From NCBI GenBank assembly GCA_030390025.1, contig CM059432.1, forward strand, positions 128,590,001-128,654,000: a stretch of 64,000 bases of DNA, written 5' to 3'. The number at the start of each line of letters is the position of its first letter. The stretch's first letter is position 1. The DNA is from Squalus acanthias (taxonomy: Eukaryota). Below the pieces are notes generated by a model. The model was not told the origin of the DNA. It did no database searches and saw only the letters and a program-made list of their open reading frames with translations. Positions 1 through 11,421 of the stretch are shown piece by piece. The position numbers and the translations under genes were made by a program.

Positions 1-11
1 GAAAATTATAC

Positions 12-175
12 CCCACAGACACTTTTCAGCACTTGATAATGGTCAGCCGCAGTGAACCTGGCTGATTTTTCCTTCCCTAGCCTTGCAGTGTGAAGGTCCA
101 TTGTCATGACTCAACTATATTCAACTAGCTTAGCAAAGACTGGCGATCACAACTGCAACTTCTCTGGTCACTCCA
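12..175 (-). mobile_element. Degraded LF-SINE-like tRNA-derived SINE fragment
   Basis: GAACCTGGCTGATTTTTCCTTCCCTAG...CTAGCTTAGCAAAGAC resembles the reverse complement of the LF-SINE consensus as I recall it; similar to 8530-8880 and 60345-60500. Confidence 0.5.
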
Positions 176-1191
176 GTTTAGGTATTCAGCGGTCTAACTT
201 TAACATTGTTGCGCATAAAATCGGCGCAACACTAATCAATTGAACAGAGGCTTGCACGGGCTTTCGGGCCACTGCTAAATTGGTTGTGGCCTTTTTTGTT
301 AGGTAGCCATGACAGCCGCCTGCAAAGCGCAGACCTCATTTCAATATTGAAATGAAGCCCCTGTGTACATTGCAGACCCAGATTGGTAAATCGATGACCA
401 AGCACCAATTGACATTTCCAGGTCTTAAGCTGCCTAAGCAGTGATCTTTAAAGGGACTGTTCAAAAAAGTCCCAAAAACTTGGAACATTTTAATATTTTC
501 TGGAGTTGGAAGGTTGCAAGATTGCACCTTTCTGGCTCCATAAAACAACTGTGGGCTGCTGCTGACCCACTCTCGTCCCCCTCCCTCCCCCCTCCCGGAC
601 ATACCACTGGGCCTCGGCGTGGGGTGAAATTGGTATGGCCCCGACAGGCGAGCTACATCAGGGTGCCTCATTGACGTCTGCAGCACACCTGATTTATTCT
701 GATGAGGCCCGATGATGAATTTACTTTGGTCCTTGGCCTCTCTGTTTCAGCACGCTGTCGAAATTGCTCTCAGTTTGGGCAGTAAGGAATTCAGGCCCCC
801 TACCATCTTAGCCAGTCGAGCCATTGAGAAAGCCCCTGAGCACCTTGTCCTTCAGCTATACATCTCCCTTCAGCTCATTCAGTACTTTTCCCAATATTTT
901 CATACATAGGATGATGAACTCAATGATCAAAAATAACACTCAGCTCCATGGTATCGTTATTTTTTACCAAAACAACTGGCATGGTTAAACAATCAATACA
1001 GATGTGTTCTGTAGTACGATATTGCCTTTTTTAACCACTGCTTTAGTTAGTCCACTATATGGCCTCTGCAATCTATTGACATGCAGCAAATCATAACCAA
1101 TAACAATATGAAACTGCTTATATTTTGCTAAATATTGAATTATAATGAGAAATATGCAAAAAAGCATGGAAAATAAAATGCTTGCTGATAT

Positions 1192-1562
1192 TTAGAAAAA
1201 TAGAATCTAGGAGCAGGAGTAGACCATTCGGCCCGTCGAGCCTGCTCCACCATTCAATACGATCATGGCTGATCATCCAAATCCAGCACCCTGTCCCTGC
1301 TTTAATCCCCACAATACACATATCCCACCCTACCCCCATAACCCCACGTATTTAATTCCCCCTAACATATCCCATCCTATCCCCATAACCCCACATATTT
1401 AATCCCCCCCTAACACTAAGGGTCAATTTTTTTATCATAGCCAAATCAACCTAACCCGCACATTTTTGGACTGTGGGAGGAAACCGGAGCACCCGGAGGA
1501 AACCCACGCAGACACGGGGAGAATGTGCAAACTCCACACAGACAGACAGTCACCCGAGGTCA
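1192..1562 (-). mobile_element. HE1-type V-SINE, 5'-truncated, with CR1-derived 3' tail
   Basis: V-domain core on minus strand (GTCTGTGTGGAGTTTGCACATTCTCCCCGTGTCTGCGTGGGTTTCCTCCGGGTGCTCCGGTTTCCTCCCACAGTCC); tail matches CR1 tails at 9057 and 31921; internal ~47-bp tandem duplication; related copy at 44293. Confidence 0.85.
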
Positions 1563-2098
1563 GATTTCTTGGTGAACCGATGATAATGGAATACCCTGTT
1601 GGAGGTAAGTGAAGGCAAACTTGTGGGAAATGGCTGACAGGAATTGGGTGTTCACAGTGCCTTCTCCATGTATTTATGTCTGTTTATGCCTGTCTGTGTC
1701 TTACTGTGACATAATTGGAAGGCATTACTGGTGGCCGTAATGCACATGCCAATCGTGGCACCCTAATCAGCGTGCGCTGTTAGAGTTTTTGCCAGCTTGG
1801 GTTAGAAGTGTTAAATGTCGTACCAATCAACCACTGATCTGTCCCTTATTTATAACGCTATGCGTGGGTGGGTGTGATGAGGTGGGCATGTGGCATTCTG
1901 TACAGTGCAGTACACATCCCACACATGAGTCATAGAGTCATAATGGTAGAGCAATCCAGTCAGTCCCATAACCCCACTCTATCCCCATAGCCTTGCAAGT
2001 TTATTTCCCTCAAGTGCCTATCCAGTTTCCCTTTGAAAACATTGAGTGTCTCCGCTTCCACCACTTCCGTCAGCAGCGAATTCCAGGTCATCACCACT

Positions 2099-3442
2099 GG
2101 TGATGGAAGGTGTAATCGACAGTGCTATCAAGCGGCACTTACTCACCAATAACCTGCTCACTGATGCCTAGTTTGGGTTCCGCCAAGACCACTTGGCTCC
2201 CGATCTCATTACAGCCTTGGTCCAAACATGGACAAAGGAGCTGAATTCCAGAGGTGAGGAGAGAGTGACTGCCCTTGACATCAAGGCAGCATTTGGCTGA
2301 GTGTAGCATCAAGGAGCCCTAGTAAAACTGAAGTCAATGGGACTCGGGGGGGGGAAAACGCTCCACTGGCTGGAGTCATACCTAGCACAAAGGAAGATGG
2401 TTGTGGTGGTTGAAGGTCAATCATCACAGCCCCAGGACATCGCTACAGGAGTTCCTCAGGGCAGTGTCCTAGGCCCAACCATCTTCAGCTGCTTCATCAA
2501 TGAACTTCCCTCCAACATAAGGTCAGAAATGGGGATGTTCGCTGATGACTGCACAGTATTCAGCGCCATTCACAACTCCTCAGATAATGAAGCAGTCCAT
2601 GCCCGCATGCAACAAGACCTGGACGACATTCAGGCTTAGGCTGATAAGTGGCAGGTAACATTCGCGCCACAGAAGTGCCAGGCAATGACTATCTCCAACA
2701 AGCGAGAGTCTAAGCACCTCCCCTTGACATTCAACGGCATTACCGTGGCCAAATAACCCACCATCAACATCCTGGGGGTCACCATTGACCAGAAACTTAA
2801 CTGGACCAGCCACATAAATACTGTGGCAACAAGAGCAGGTCAGAGGCTGGGTATTTAGTGGCAAGTGTCTCACCTGCTGACTCCCCAAAGCCTTTCTACC
2901 ATCTACAAGGCACAAGTAAAGAGTGTGATGGAATACTGTCCACTTGCCTGGATGAGTGCAGCTCCAACAACACTCAAGAATCTCGACACCATCCAGGACA
3001 AAGCAGCCCGCTTGATTGGAACCCCATCCATCACCTTAAATATTCACTCCCTTCACCACCGGCATACCGTGGCTGCGGTGTTTACCATCTACAAGATGCA
3101 CTGCAGCAACTCACCAAGGCTTCTTCGGCAGCACCTCCCAAACCCGCGACCTCTTCCACCTAGAAGGACAAGGGCAGCAGGAGCATGGGAACACCACCAC
3201 CTCTAAGTTCCCCTCCAAGTCACACACCATCCTGACTTAGAAATATATCGCCGATCCTTCATCGTCGCTGGGTCAAAATCCTGGAACTCCCTCCCTAACA
3301 GCACTGTGGGAGTATCTTCACCACACGGACTGCAGCGGTTCAAGAAGGTGGCTCACCACCACCTTCTCAAGGGCAATTAGGGATGGGCAATAAATGCTGG
3401 CCTTGCCAGCGACGCCCACATCCCACAAATGAATTTTTAAAA
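2099..3442 (+). mobile_element. 5'-truncated LINE (RT half + 3' tail) of the tRNA-headed family
   Basis: GVPQGSVLGP and FADD motifs; tail CAAGGGCAATTAGGGATGGGCAATAAATGCTGGCCTTGCCAGCGACGCCCACATCCCA; homologous to 13408-14152 and overlaps 52930-53062 (reverse strand). Confidence 0.9.
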
Positions 3443-6030
3443 TCTTGCTGCGTAAAAAAGTTTTTCCTCACATCCCCCCTGTATATTTTGCCCCAAACCT
3501 TAAATCTGTGTCCCCTAGTCCTTGTACCATCAACTAGTGGGAACAGCCTTTCCCCGTCTAGCCTATCGAAACCCGTCATAATCTTGTACACCTCTATCAA
3601 ATCACCCCTCAACCTCCTTTGCTCTAATGAAAACAAATCCAGCTTCTCCAACCTGCCCTTGTAGCTAAGATCCCCATCCCCGGAATCATTCTGGTAAATC
3701 TCCTCTGCACCCTCTCAAGGGCCTTCACATCCTTCCTAAAATGTGGTGACCAGAACTGGACACAATACTCCAGTTGTGGCCTAACTAGCTTTATAAAGGT
3801 TCAGTGTAACTTCTCTACTTTTGTACTCAATACCTCTATTTATGAAGCCCAAGATTCCATATGCTTTGTTAACCACTCTCTCAATATGTCCTGCCACCTT
3901 CAGGGACCTATGCACATTAACTCCCAGGTTCCTCTGTCCCTGCACACTCTTTAAAACTGTGCCATTAAGCGTATATTGCCTCTCCCTGTTCCTTTTGCCA
4001 AACTGCATCACCTCACACTTCTCTGTATTAAATTCCATCTGCCACTTGTTTGCCCATTCTGTTAGCCTTTCTATGTCCTGTTGCAGTCGATTGGTATCAT
4101 CATCACTGTTTGCCACACCCCCAAGTTTGGTGTCATCGGCAAATTTAGAAATTCTATATATCAACAAAAGCAGTGGCCTCAGCACTGACCCTTTGGGAAC
4201 ACCACTGTCTACCATCCTCCAGTCTGAAAAACAGACTCGCTGTTTTCTGTCCTTAAGCCAATTCCTTATCCAAGCTGCCACTGATCCACCTATTCCATGA
4301 GCCTCAATTTTGTTAACCAGCCTTCTATGTGGTACTTTGTCAAACACCTTCCGAAAATCCATGTAGACAACATCCATTGCATTCCATTCATCAATCCTCT
4401 CTGTTACTTTGTCAAAAAATTCAATAAGATCAGTCAAACACGATCTGCCTTTTACAAATCCGTGTTGGCTCTTCTTAATTAGCTTGAACCTCTCCAAATG
4501 CCCGTTAATTTTTTCCTTGATTATTATTTCTAAAACATTACCCACCACTGAAGTTAAACTGACTGGCCTGTAGTTACTAGGATAGTCCTTACACCCTTTC
4601 TTGAACAATGGTGTCACATTTGCCACTTTCCAATCCTCAGGCACATCCCCCGCATCTAGGGAAGATTGGAAAATTATGGCAAGCCCTTCCGCTATCTTCT
4701 CCCCCAATTCCCTTAGCAACCTGGAATGCAAGCCATCTGGACCAGGCAACTTGTCCACTCTAAGCATACCCAGCCTTTCTAGTACATCCTGTCTATCAAT
4801 TTTCACCCCTTCCATTGCTTCTACCTTTTTCCACTTCTACCGATATTTTGTCAGTAAACACCGATACAAAGTACTCATTGAGTATTCTAGCCTTGCCCTG
4901 CTCCTCTAAGCATATATCACCTTCTTTGTCTCTAATAGGCCTCACCCCGCCTCTTACTACCCGCTTACTGTTTACATGCCGGTAGAAGATTTTTGGGTTC
5001 CCTTTTATGTTAACCGCCATTCTACTCTGATATTCTCTCTTTGCCAATCTTATTTTCATCTTCACATCCCCTCTCAACTTATTGTATTTGGTCTGGTTCT
5101 TCCTTGAAGAATTCACCTGACATGCATCATACACCCTCTTTTTTTGTTTCATCATCTTCTCTATCTCCCTCGTCATCCAAGGAGCCCTTGCTTTGGTTCC
5201 CTTACCCTTCCCTCTTGTTGGAATATACCTAGCCTGTACTTGGAACATCTCCTCCTTAAAGATCACGCATTGTTCCGTTACAGTTTTTCCTGTCAGTCTT
5301 TGGTTCCATTTTACCCTGGCTAGATCCTTTCGCATCCCATTGAAGTTAGCCCTATTCCAGTTTAGAAGTTCCACTCTAGATTGTTCCTTGCTCCTCTCCA
5401 TTGCTAATCTAAATCTTATGATATGATGATCACTCGTACCCAAGTGTTCTCCCACAGACACTTGGTCGACTTGGCCCACCTCATTCCCCAGCACGAGATC
5501 CAGCAATGCCTCCTTCCTAGTTGGGCCAAGAACATATTGGTCAAGGAAATTCTCCTGAACACATTTCAGAAATTCCTCCCCCTCCTTTCCCTTTACCCTA
5601 GCATTATCCCAATCGATATTTGGGTAATTAAAGTCCCCCAATATCACCACTCTATAGCTCTTGCATATCTCTGCGATTTCCCTACAGATTTGCTCCTCTA
5701 CCTCCCTCTCACTATTTGGAGGCCTATAGAATACCCACAATAGCGTGATCATACCCTTTTTGCTCCTCAACTCTAACCAAATGGATTCTGTCCTGGTCCC
5801 CTCAAGAACATCCTCCCTTTCCAACACTACAATGTCTTCCTTAATCAGCACTGCCACCCCACCTCCCTTTTTTCCTTCCCTATCTTTTCTGAACATCTTG
5901 TACCCTCGAATATTAAGTGCCCAGTCCTCACCGCTTTTAAGCCATGTTTCCGTTATTGCCACAACATCATATTGCCACATGGCTAATTATGCTTGTAGCT
6001 CACCAACCTTATTCACCACACTTTGAGCAT
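3443..6030 (-). pseudogene. CR1 ORF2 (AP endonuclease + reverse transcriptase), frameshifted
   Basis: ORF 4796-5980 has VAITETW, GGGVA, GDFN, LDLVL, SDH endonuclease motifs; ORF 3781-4815 has NYRPVSLTS, QHGF, DFRKVFDKV, GVPKGS, FADD; ORF 3367-3651 has the C-terminal [16 protein letters not shown]...FFTQ. Confidence 0.92.
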
Positions 6031-6186
6031 TTACGTACATGCATTCTAAACCCATGTTTGAATTTTTCGTAGTCTTTCTTAGTCTGGTCCTATCTAATAT
6101 GGTACTTCTACTGCCTCTAGTACTATCTTCTCTAATACTATCCAACACACTCACTCTTTTATGCACCTTCTTCCTCTTTTCTACTC

Positions 6187-6420
6187 CTATATGCTGGTGC
6201 CCATCCTCCTGCCAAGCAAGTTTAAACCCTCCCCAACAGCACTAACAAACCTCCCCGCGAGAATATTGGTCCCGGATCCGTTGAGGTGTAACCCATCCGG
6301 CTTGTACAGGTCCCACCTTCCCCAGAAACGGTCCCAATGTCTCAGGAATCTAAAGCCCTCCCTCCTGCACCATCTCTCCAGCCACGCATTCATCTGTTCT
6401 ATCCTCCTATTCTTGGACTC
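6187..6420 (-). pseudogene. CR1 ORF1 C-terminal SGNH esterase-like domain fragment
   Basis: NAWLERWCRREGFRFLRHWDRFW...LYKPDGLHLNGSG (DGLH motif) just upstream of ORF2. Confidence 0.85.
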
Positions 6421-7044
6421 GACCTCGACATGAGACACGTACTGATGCTCTGTGATAAAATATTTGCCAGAGTGGTTTTAAAAATAGAATTATTTAGAAT
6501 GTCCCTGACTTTCAGTCTCCTAAACCTCTGATACGTGGTACAGTTGTAAAAATGACTCTGACTAAAGATCTTGGCACATCATTGAAGCAAATGAATGCCA
6601 CAAAGTTTCTCTGTTCCCCACATACTGTACCATGCTTCCAATTAGAATTAGGAATTCCACATATGGAGACTCATTTAACTCATACTGGTATAGAAATGTA
6701 TATTTGCTGATTAGCAACATGTTGCAATTCCATCATACCACATTCCATATCCAAAATTAACCTCGTATCTCACAACTACTGTCATTTGTGATAATTTTCC
6801 AATTTGCTGATTTCACTTAGTGAAGAGAACCCAAAACATAATGAATAGCTTTACTGTTAACAAATGGGATTCTTAAATGATGAAATTAATAGCAGACTAG
6901 CAGCCTCAGGCTAGCACAAGGTTACTCACAGCACAAGAAAGGGAATGATTGCAGCTGATTTGGACCATTTCTCCAGTCCTGTCAGCTATAAATGTTCAAA
7001 CACTAAACAAAAACATTGGATGCTGAGTGTGTCAAGTTATTTCA

Positions 7045-7191
7045 ATGGTCTTGAAAAAATACTTGAAATGGAAAAGTTTGCCGGTCTATGGGGAAAGAGC
7101 AGGGGGAGCGGGACTAATTGGATAGCTCTTTCAAAGAGCTGACGCAGACACGATGGGTCGAGTGGCCTCCTTCTGTGCTGTATGATTCTAT
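7045..7191 (+). mobile_element. CR1 3' tail fragment
   Basis: ACACGATGGGTCGAGTGGCCTCCTTCTGTGCTGTATGATTCTAT; the terminal microsatellite resumes after the MITE at 7906. Confidence 0.7.
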
Positions 7192-7905
7192 GGCCTGGAT
7201 ATTAACAGGGGTGGGTTGCGTAGGCGGGGGGGTGGGGCAGAGTTTCAGGTGGGAAGTCCGGGTTTCCCCGCATGCTGTGGAGTTTTAACTTGACAGGTTT
7301 CCCTGCCCGGAAATCAGCCTGATTGACAGGCTTGGCTTCCAGTCGGGCGGGGAGGACTCCGGAGCAGGCCACAGGAGCAGGTAGGTCCGATCCACTACCC
7401 CAGGCGGAGGGTTCGATCCGGGGGCGGGCCCTATCCCGGGCGTGTCCGGTCTCCGACTCAGGGGGATCCGATCCGGGGGGAGGGGGGGGGGTGTGCGGGG
7501 GGTCTTTGTATGGGGTGGGGGTTCTGCTGCGGGGGATGAAGCCCTGGGGGGAGGAAGTCCTCCTGCTCCTCCTGGCCCACTAGCAGTGCTGCAAAGGCAC
7601 TTACTTTCTACCCGAGGCTGTCCTCACCTCCCTTCAGCTGCTGGGTTTCCCGTATCCTGGAAAACTCGGCCAGCCACTGTTAAACCTGCAAAGCAGGTTA
7701 AATCAAAGGCTGTCAGTCTCATTAAAATATTTAAATTGCCAACCCACCTCCTGGGGTGGGTTGGCTGCCCATCCCCTGTCTCGCCTCCATTAAACCCGGA
7801 AGTGTGTGGGTTGGAGGTGGATTGGGGTCAGGTTTGAGATTTTTTAAATTTTAACATCTGTCCTGACCCCAACCCACCCATTTTTTGGGTGTTAAAATTC
7901 AGCCC
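7192..7905. mobile_element. Non-autonomous Harbinger-type MITE
   Basis: Imperfect TIRs GGCCTGGATATTAAC / GTTAAAATTCAGCCC; TAT TSD at 7189-7191 and 7906-7908; left end resembles reverse complement of 23220-23350. Confidence 0.8.
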
Positions 7906-8529
7906 TATGATTCTGATTGGAACAAAACTTACCTGAATGTGCATTTTAAGTATCAGACCACCTGGTGCTAACTTCAAATGAAACAGCCATTGGGAGAGAC
8001 TTAACTGGCAGCTGCTAAAGGGGCAGTATTACCACCACACTGGTGAGTTTTGAGGGCAAGTGAGATCCCGAGATGCAAGGACTATTCTTCTGAAAACTCT
8101 GCTGCAAATGAATTCTCTTTGCTCATAACGCCGCTCCCTAAACGATGGATTATTCCCCAAGAGACAAGTGGTCACTTTTTCCTTTTGATCAACTGGGTGC
8201 CTGACATATGTGGAAACCCATCACCATGTTTAAGAATCTCCAAACAAAGCTACTGAGCAGAACACACAGGTCGAGTTTCTGCTGGCCTGCTATGGAGTGC
8301 ACATACCCTCCTTGTAAGGATGCACATTACTTACCTAAATTCGGAGACTTAGACATGGGTTGCCAGAGGGGTCCCACTTGCATACAGGAGATGTTTAATC
8401 AGTTAAAACCACAGAAACTGGAAAGCATCCCACTGATTTTCTAGCCAGTACCACCCTCCCGGTTAGTGTATTGGCTTGCAGGGTTAACTGGAGCACAGTG
8501 AGAGCAATTCCAGCCCCAGTGTCCCAAAC

Positions 8530-8880
8530 TTTCCTCGCCTCCTCACCTGAATGCACTGGAGAAAGGTTCCACAGGCATTGGCCTCCCTGTGGTAGCCCAT
8601 CCATGTGACCATTCTTCATATGTGAGCATAGTCTTTCAATTATAGGAGTCATGAAATCCGACCTGATCCTGGTCCATTGTCCATGCACAGGTTTCAGTGC
8701 GCTCAAAGGATGTCAATCAAGAGTGAGGATCCTGCTTGACTTTTCGACTGAGGTTTATCAAGCCAATTGTAGTGCACCACTACTACGTTAGTGAGGTCAG
8801 CTAACTGGGGGTCAAATCTTGGACCTTCCTGGAATGTACGGTTCTGTTCAACACTGGCAGTGTATTTAGGAAATGAGCCT
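8530..8880 (-). mobile_element. LF-SINE-like element, diverged, near full length
   Basis: Minus strand shows CCAGGAAGGTCC, AGTTAGCTGACCTCA, CTACAATTGGC, GCTCACATATGAAGAATGGTCAC, TGCCTGTGGAACC, TTCAGGTGAGGAGG in the order I recall for LF-SINE. Confidence 0.75.
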
Positions 8881-9056
8881 TTAAGGGAGCTAATGCTATC
8901 TGACTTGCCATCCAAGAAATTGTTAGTAGCAAATTGCAATGTGGGAATGGGACTGGACTTATAGTACTGCAGTCTTTGGGCGTAATTCCCATAAAAAGTG
9001 CCTCAGTGTCTCCAAGCAGGACTGTCCTTCCTCCCCAGCCCCACCTACTCCCTACT

Positions 9057-9500
9057 CATAGGAACATAGGAACAGGAGTAGGCCATTCGGCCCCTCGAGC
9101 CTGTTCCGCCATTCAGTGAGATCATGGCTGATCTGCGACCTAACTCCATATACCTGCCTTTGGCCCATATCCCTTAATACCTTTGGTGAACAAAAAGCTA
9201 TCACTCTCCGATTTAAAATTAACAATTGATTTAGCATCAATTGTCATTTGCGGAAGAGAATTCCAAACTTCTACCACCCTTTGTGTGTAGAAGTGTTTCC
9301 TAATTTCATTCCTAAAAGGTCTGGCTCTAATTTTTAGACTATGCCCCCTAGTCCGAGAATCCCCAACCAGCGGAAATAGTTTCTCTCTATCCACCCTATC
9401 AGTTCCCCTTAATATCTTGAAAACTTTGATCAGATCACCCCTTAACCTTCTAAATTCTAGGGAATACAACCCTAATTTTGTCCTCGTAACTTGACCCTTG
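9057..9500 (-). mobile_element. CR1 3' fragment
   Basis: ORF 9140-9469 LEFRRLRGDLIKVFKI...HFYTQRVVEVWNSLP; CATAGGAA tail repeat. Confidence 0.9.
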
Positions 9501-9674
9501 TCGTTAGACTAGGCTAAGTAAAAGAAGATTGTACTACCCTCACATTATTAGTCAAACATTTGTTGTGCTAATCCCATAGAGTGTAAAATCATTGGCTTTG
9601 ATTTATTTAAAATGCAGTCTAGCTATACCAAGTGTAGATCCTATTATTTCCACACTAATATTTGCATTAATGTT

Positions 9675-9767
9675 CTGATGAAAGGTCATTGACCTGAAAC
9701 GTTAACTCTCTCTCTCCACAGATGTTGCCTGACCTGCTGAGTGTTTCCAGCATTTTCTGTTTTTATT
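9675..9767 (+). mobile_element. Short Penelope-derived (pLTR) insertion beginning with a hammerhead motif
   Basis: 14-bp TSD TTTGCATTAATGTT (9661-9674, 9768-9781); CTGATGA-A-AGGTCA-T-TGACCT-GAAACGTT; same family as 30603 and 37529. Confidence 0.75.
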
Positions 9768-10769
9768 TTTGCATTAATGTTACTTGTTTTACTGCCAAAT
9801 TGCTTTCCAGTCATGGTCCACCTGTGGTAGGAATGAAGTAGGAAACAATGATTAACGCCAGACCATTGATACAGCACGCTCATGTTATTCAAAGATATCT
9901 TGTGTGTAGAAGAAAGCCACCTTCTTTGTAGAGCATTAGCCGACATTCCGCAATATTTTCTTCATGAGGTGCAATGTGAATGTACCTGGAGCTACATCAG
10001 CTCACGTAGTTTCTTTGCTGAATATAAGAATGCACAAGCTATTCGTGCTTTCATTCTGGAGTCTCTGCTGCTTTTATTAAAGAGCTCCCTAATGCTTTGA
10101 ACGCTAATGTGCACTCAACAGTTACACTGTGAGTTATCAATATGACAGCTTTTGACAGCACCACTCCCTAGTGCTGCCGTTTGCTAGCTACGTTCACTAT
10201 CAGCCTGTGATGTTTAATATGCAGACAGCAACGCAGCACAATATTTGACCAAAAAGAAATCTGCTGTCCGTAAGCTTTCCCATTGAGCTGTGTGTTTAGG
10301 CCATTAGTTAGGTTCCAGATGCGTAAGATAAAGCCTCGTGTGTTCCAGACAGGACCAGTTGGATCAACACCAAATACTGTTTTCTAAATCTGCAGGCTTT
10401 TGCAGTCCCATAAATTGAGCTCTTTTGCCATTCGCCAATGATATGGTCATTGCTCAGTTGTGAAAGTTAAAGGAATGCTCGCAGCCAGTTCTGTTGGTCT
10501 CAGGAGTATGACTGCTGGATTTTAGCCCTGCTTCCTGTGGAATGGCCTTTCTTGCTCTGTTCTTCCAGGATCTTTTGCAATGTCTCAGTAAAAAGTGCCA
10601 TTGTTACAGATTATTTCAATGTCAATGGCAAATAATCCTTGCAATGCAATTGGGTTTTTTACTTAATTTGTGTTTGGTGGTTGTCAATATGAAGCATAAA
10701 AAATAGCCAATCCAATCAGACCAGCATGTCTGATAATACTACAACCAACATTTCACTCTCCAAGGTCCC

Positions 10770-10975
10770 CTCCCTAAACCTCTCCCCTTCTCTACTTCTC
10801 ACCCCTCCTTTAAGATGCTCCGTAAAACCTACCTCTTTGACCAAGCTTTTGGTCACCTGTCCTAATATCTCCTTATGTGGCTCGGTGTCAAATTTTGTTT
10901 TATAACGCTAATGTGAAGCGCCTTGGGACATTTTACTACATTAAAGGCAGCTATATAAATACAAGTTGTTGTTGC
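10770..10975 (+). mobile_element. L2 LINE 3' end
   Basis: Matches reverse complement of 12646-12850; ends CTATATAAATACAAGTTGTTGTTG. Confidence 0.8.
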
Positions 10976-11421
10976 TGCTGGTCTCTCCGACATTGACTGT
11001 AATTCGATCTCAAGGACAACAGCAGCATTCCTAAGGGACCGTTACTCCTGGGGCCGATTTTCCTGCCCCACCCCCACTGGCCCATCTCCACTGGGAATTG
11101 GTTGGTGTGAGAGTGCCCAAACTGATTTCACTGAGGGCTCTTACAGATGGTAGAGGAGAGTTTCTTGCTTTCATTCTTGCCTGCAGGTGAGCCTAGATCC
11201 CAGAGGTAAAAGGCCTTGTGCCTCCCACTCTGCACCACTCAATCCCACCAGAAATAAAAGCTGCGAGCTGCTCAGTATGTTTCATTTTCACACACTTTCT
11301 TTCGCGCCCCAAAACATTTCTGTTGTGCCTTTTCTGATTATTTTTAGTTGCAAAAGATAAACTGTGTATAATGACAGGAACTCAACATTAATTCAGGTCA
11401 ATAGTTTGCTCCTGAAATATT

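Larger units (their letters stand above)
1931..6420 (-). mobile_element. CR1 (HER1-like) LINE, 5'-truncated within ORF1, interrupted by a nested LINE at 2099-3442
   Basis: 3' tail 1931-2098 resumes at ~3443 (..GGTCATCACCACT | CTTGCTGCGTAAAAAAG..); RT, endonuclease and esterase ORFs in CR1 order. Confidence 0.92.
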
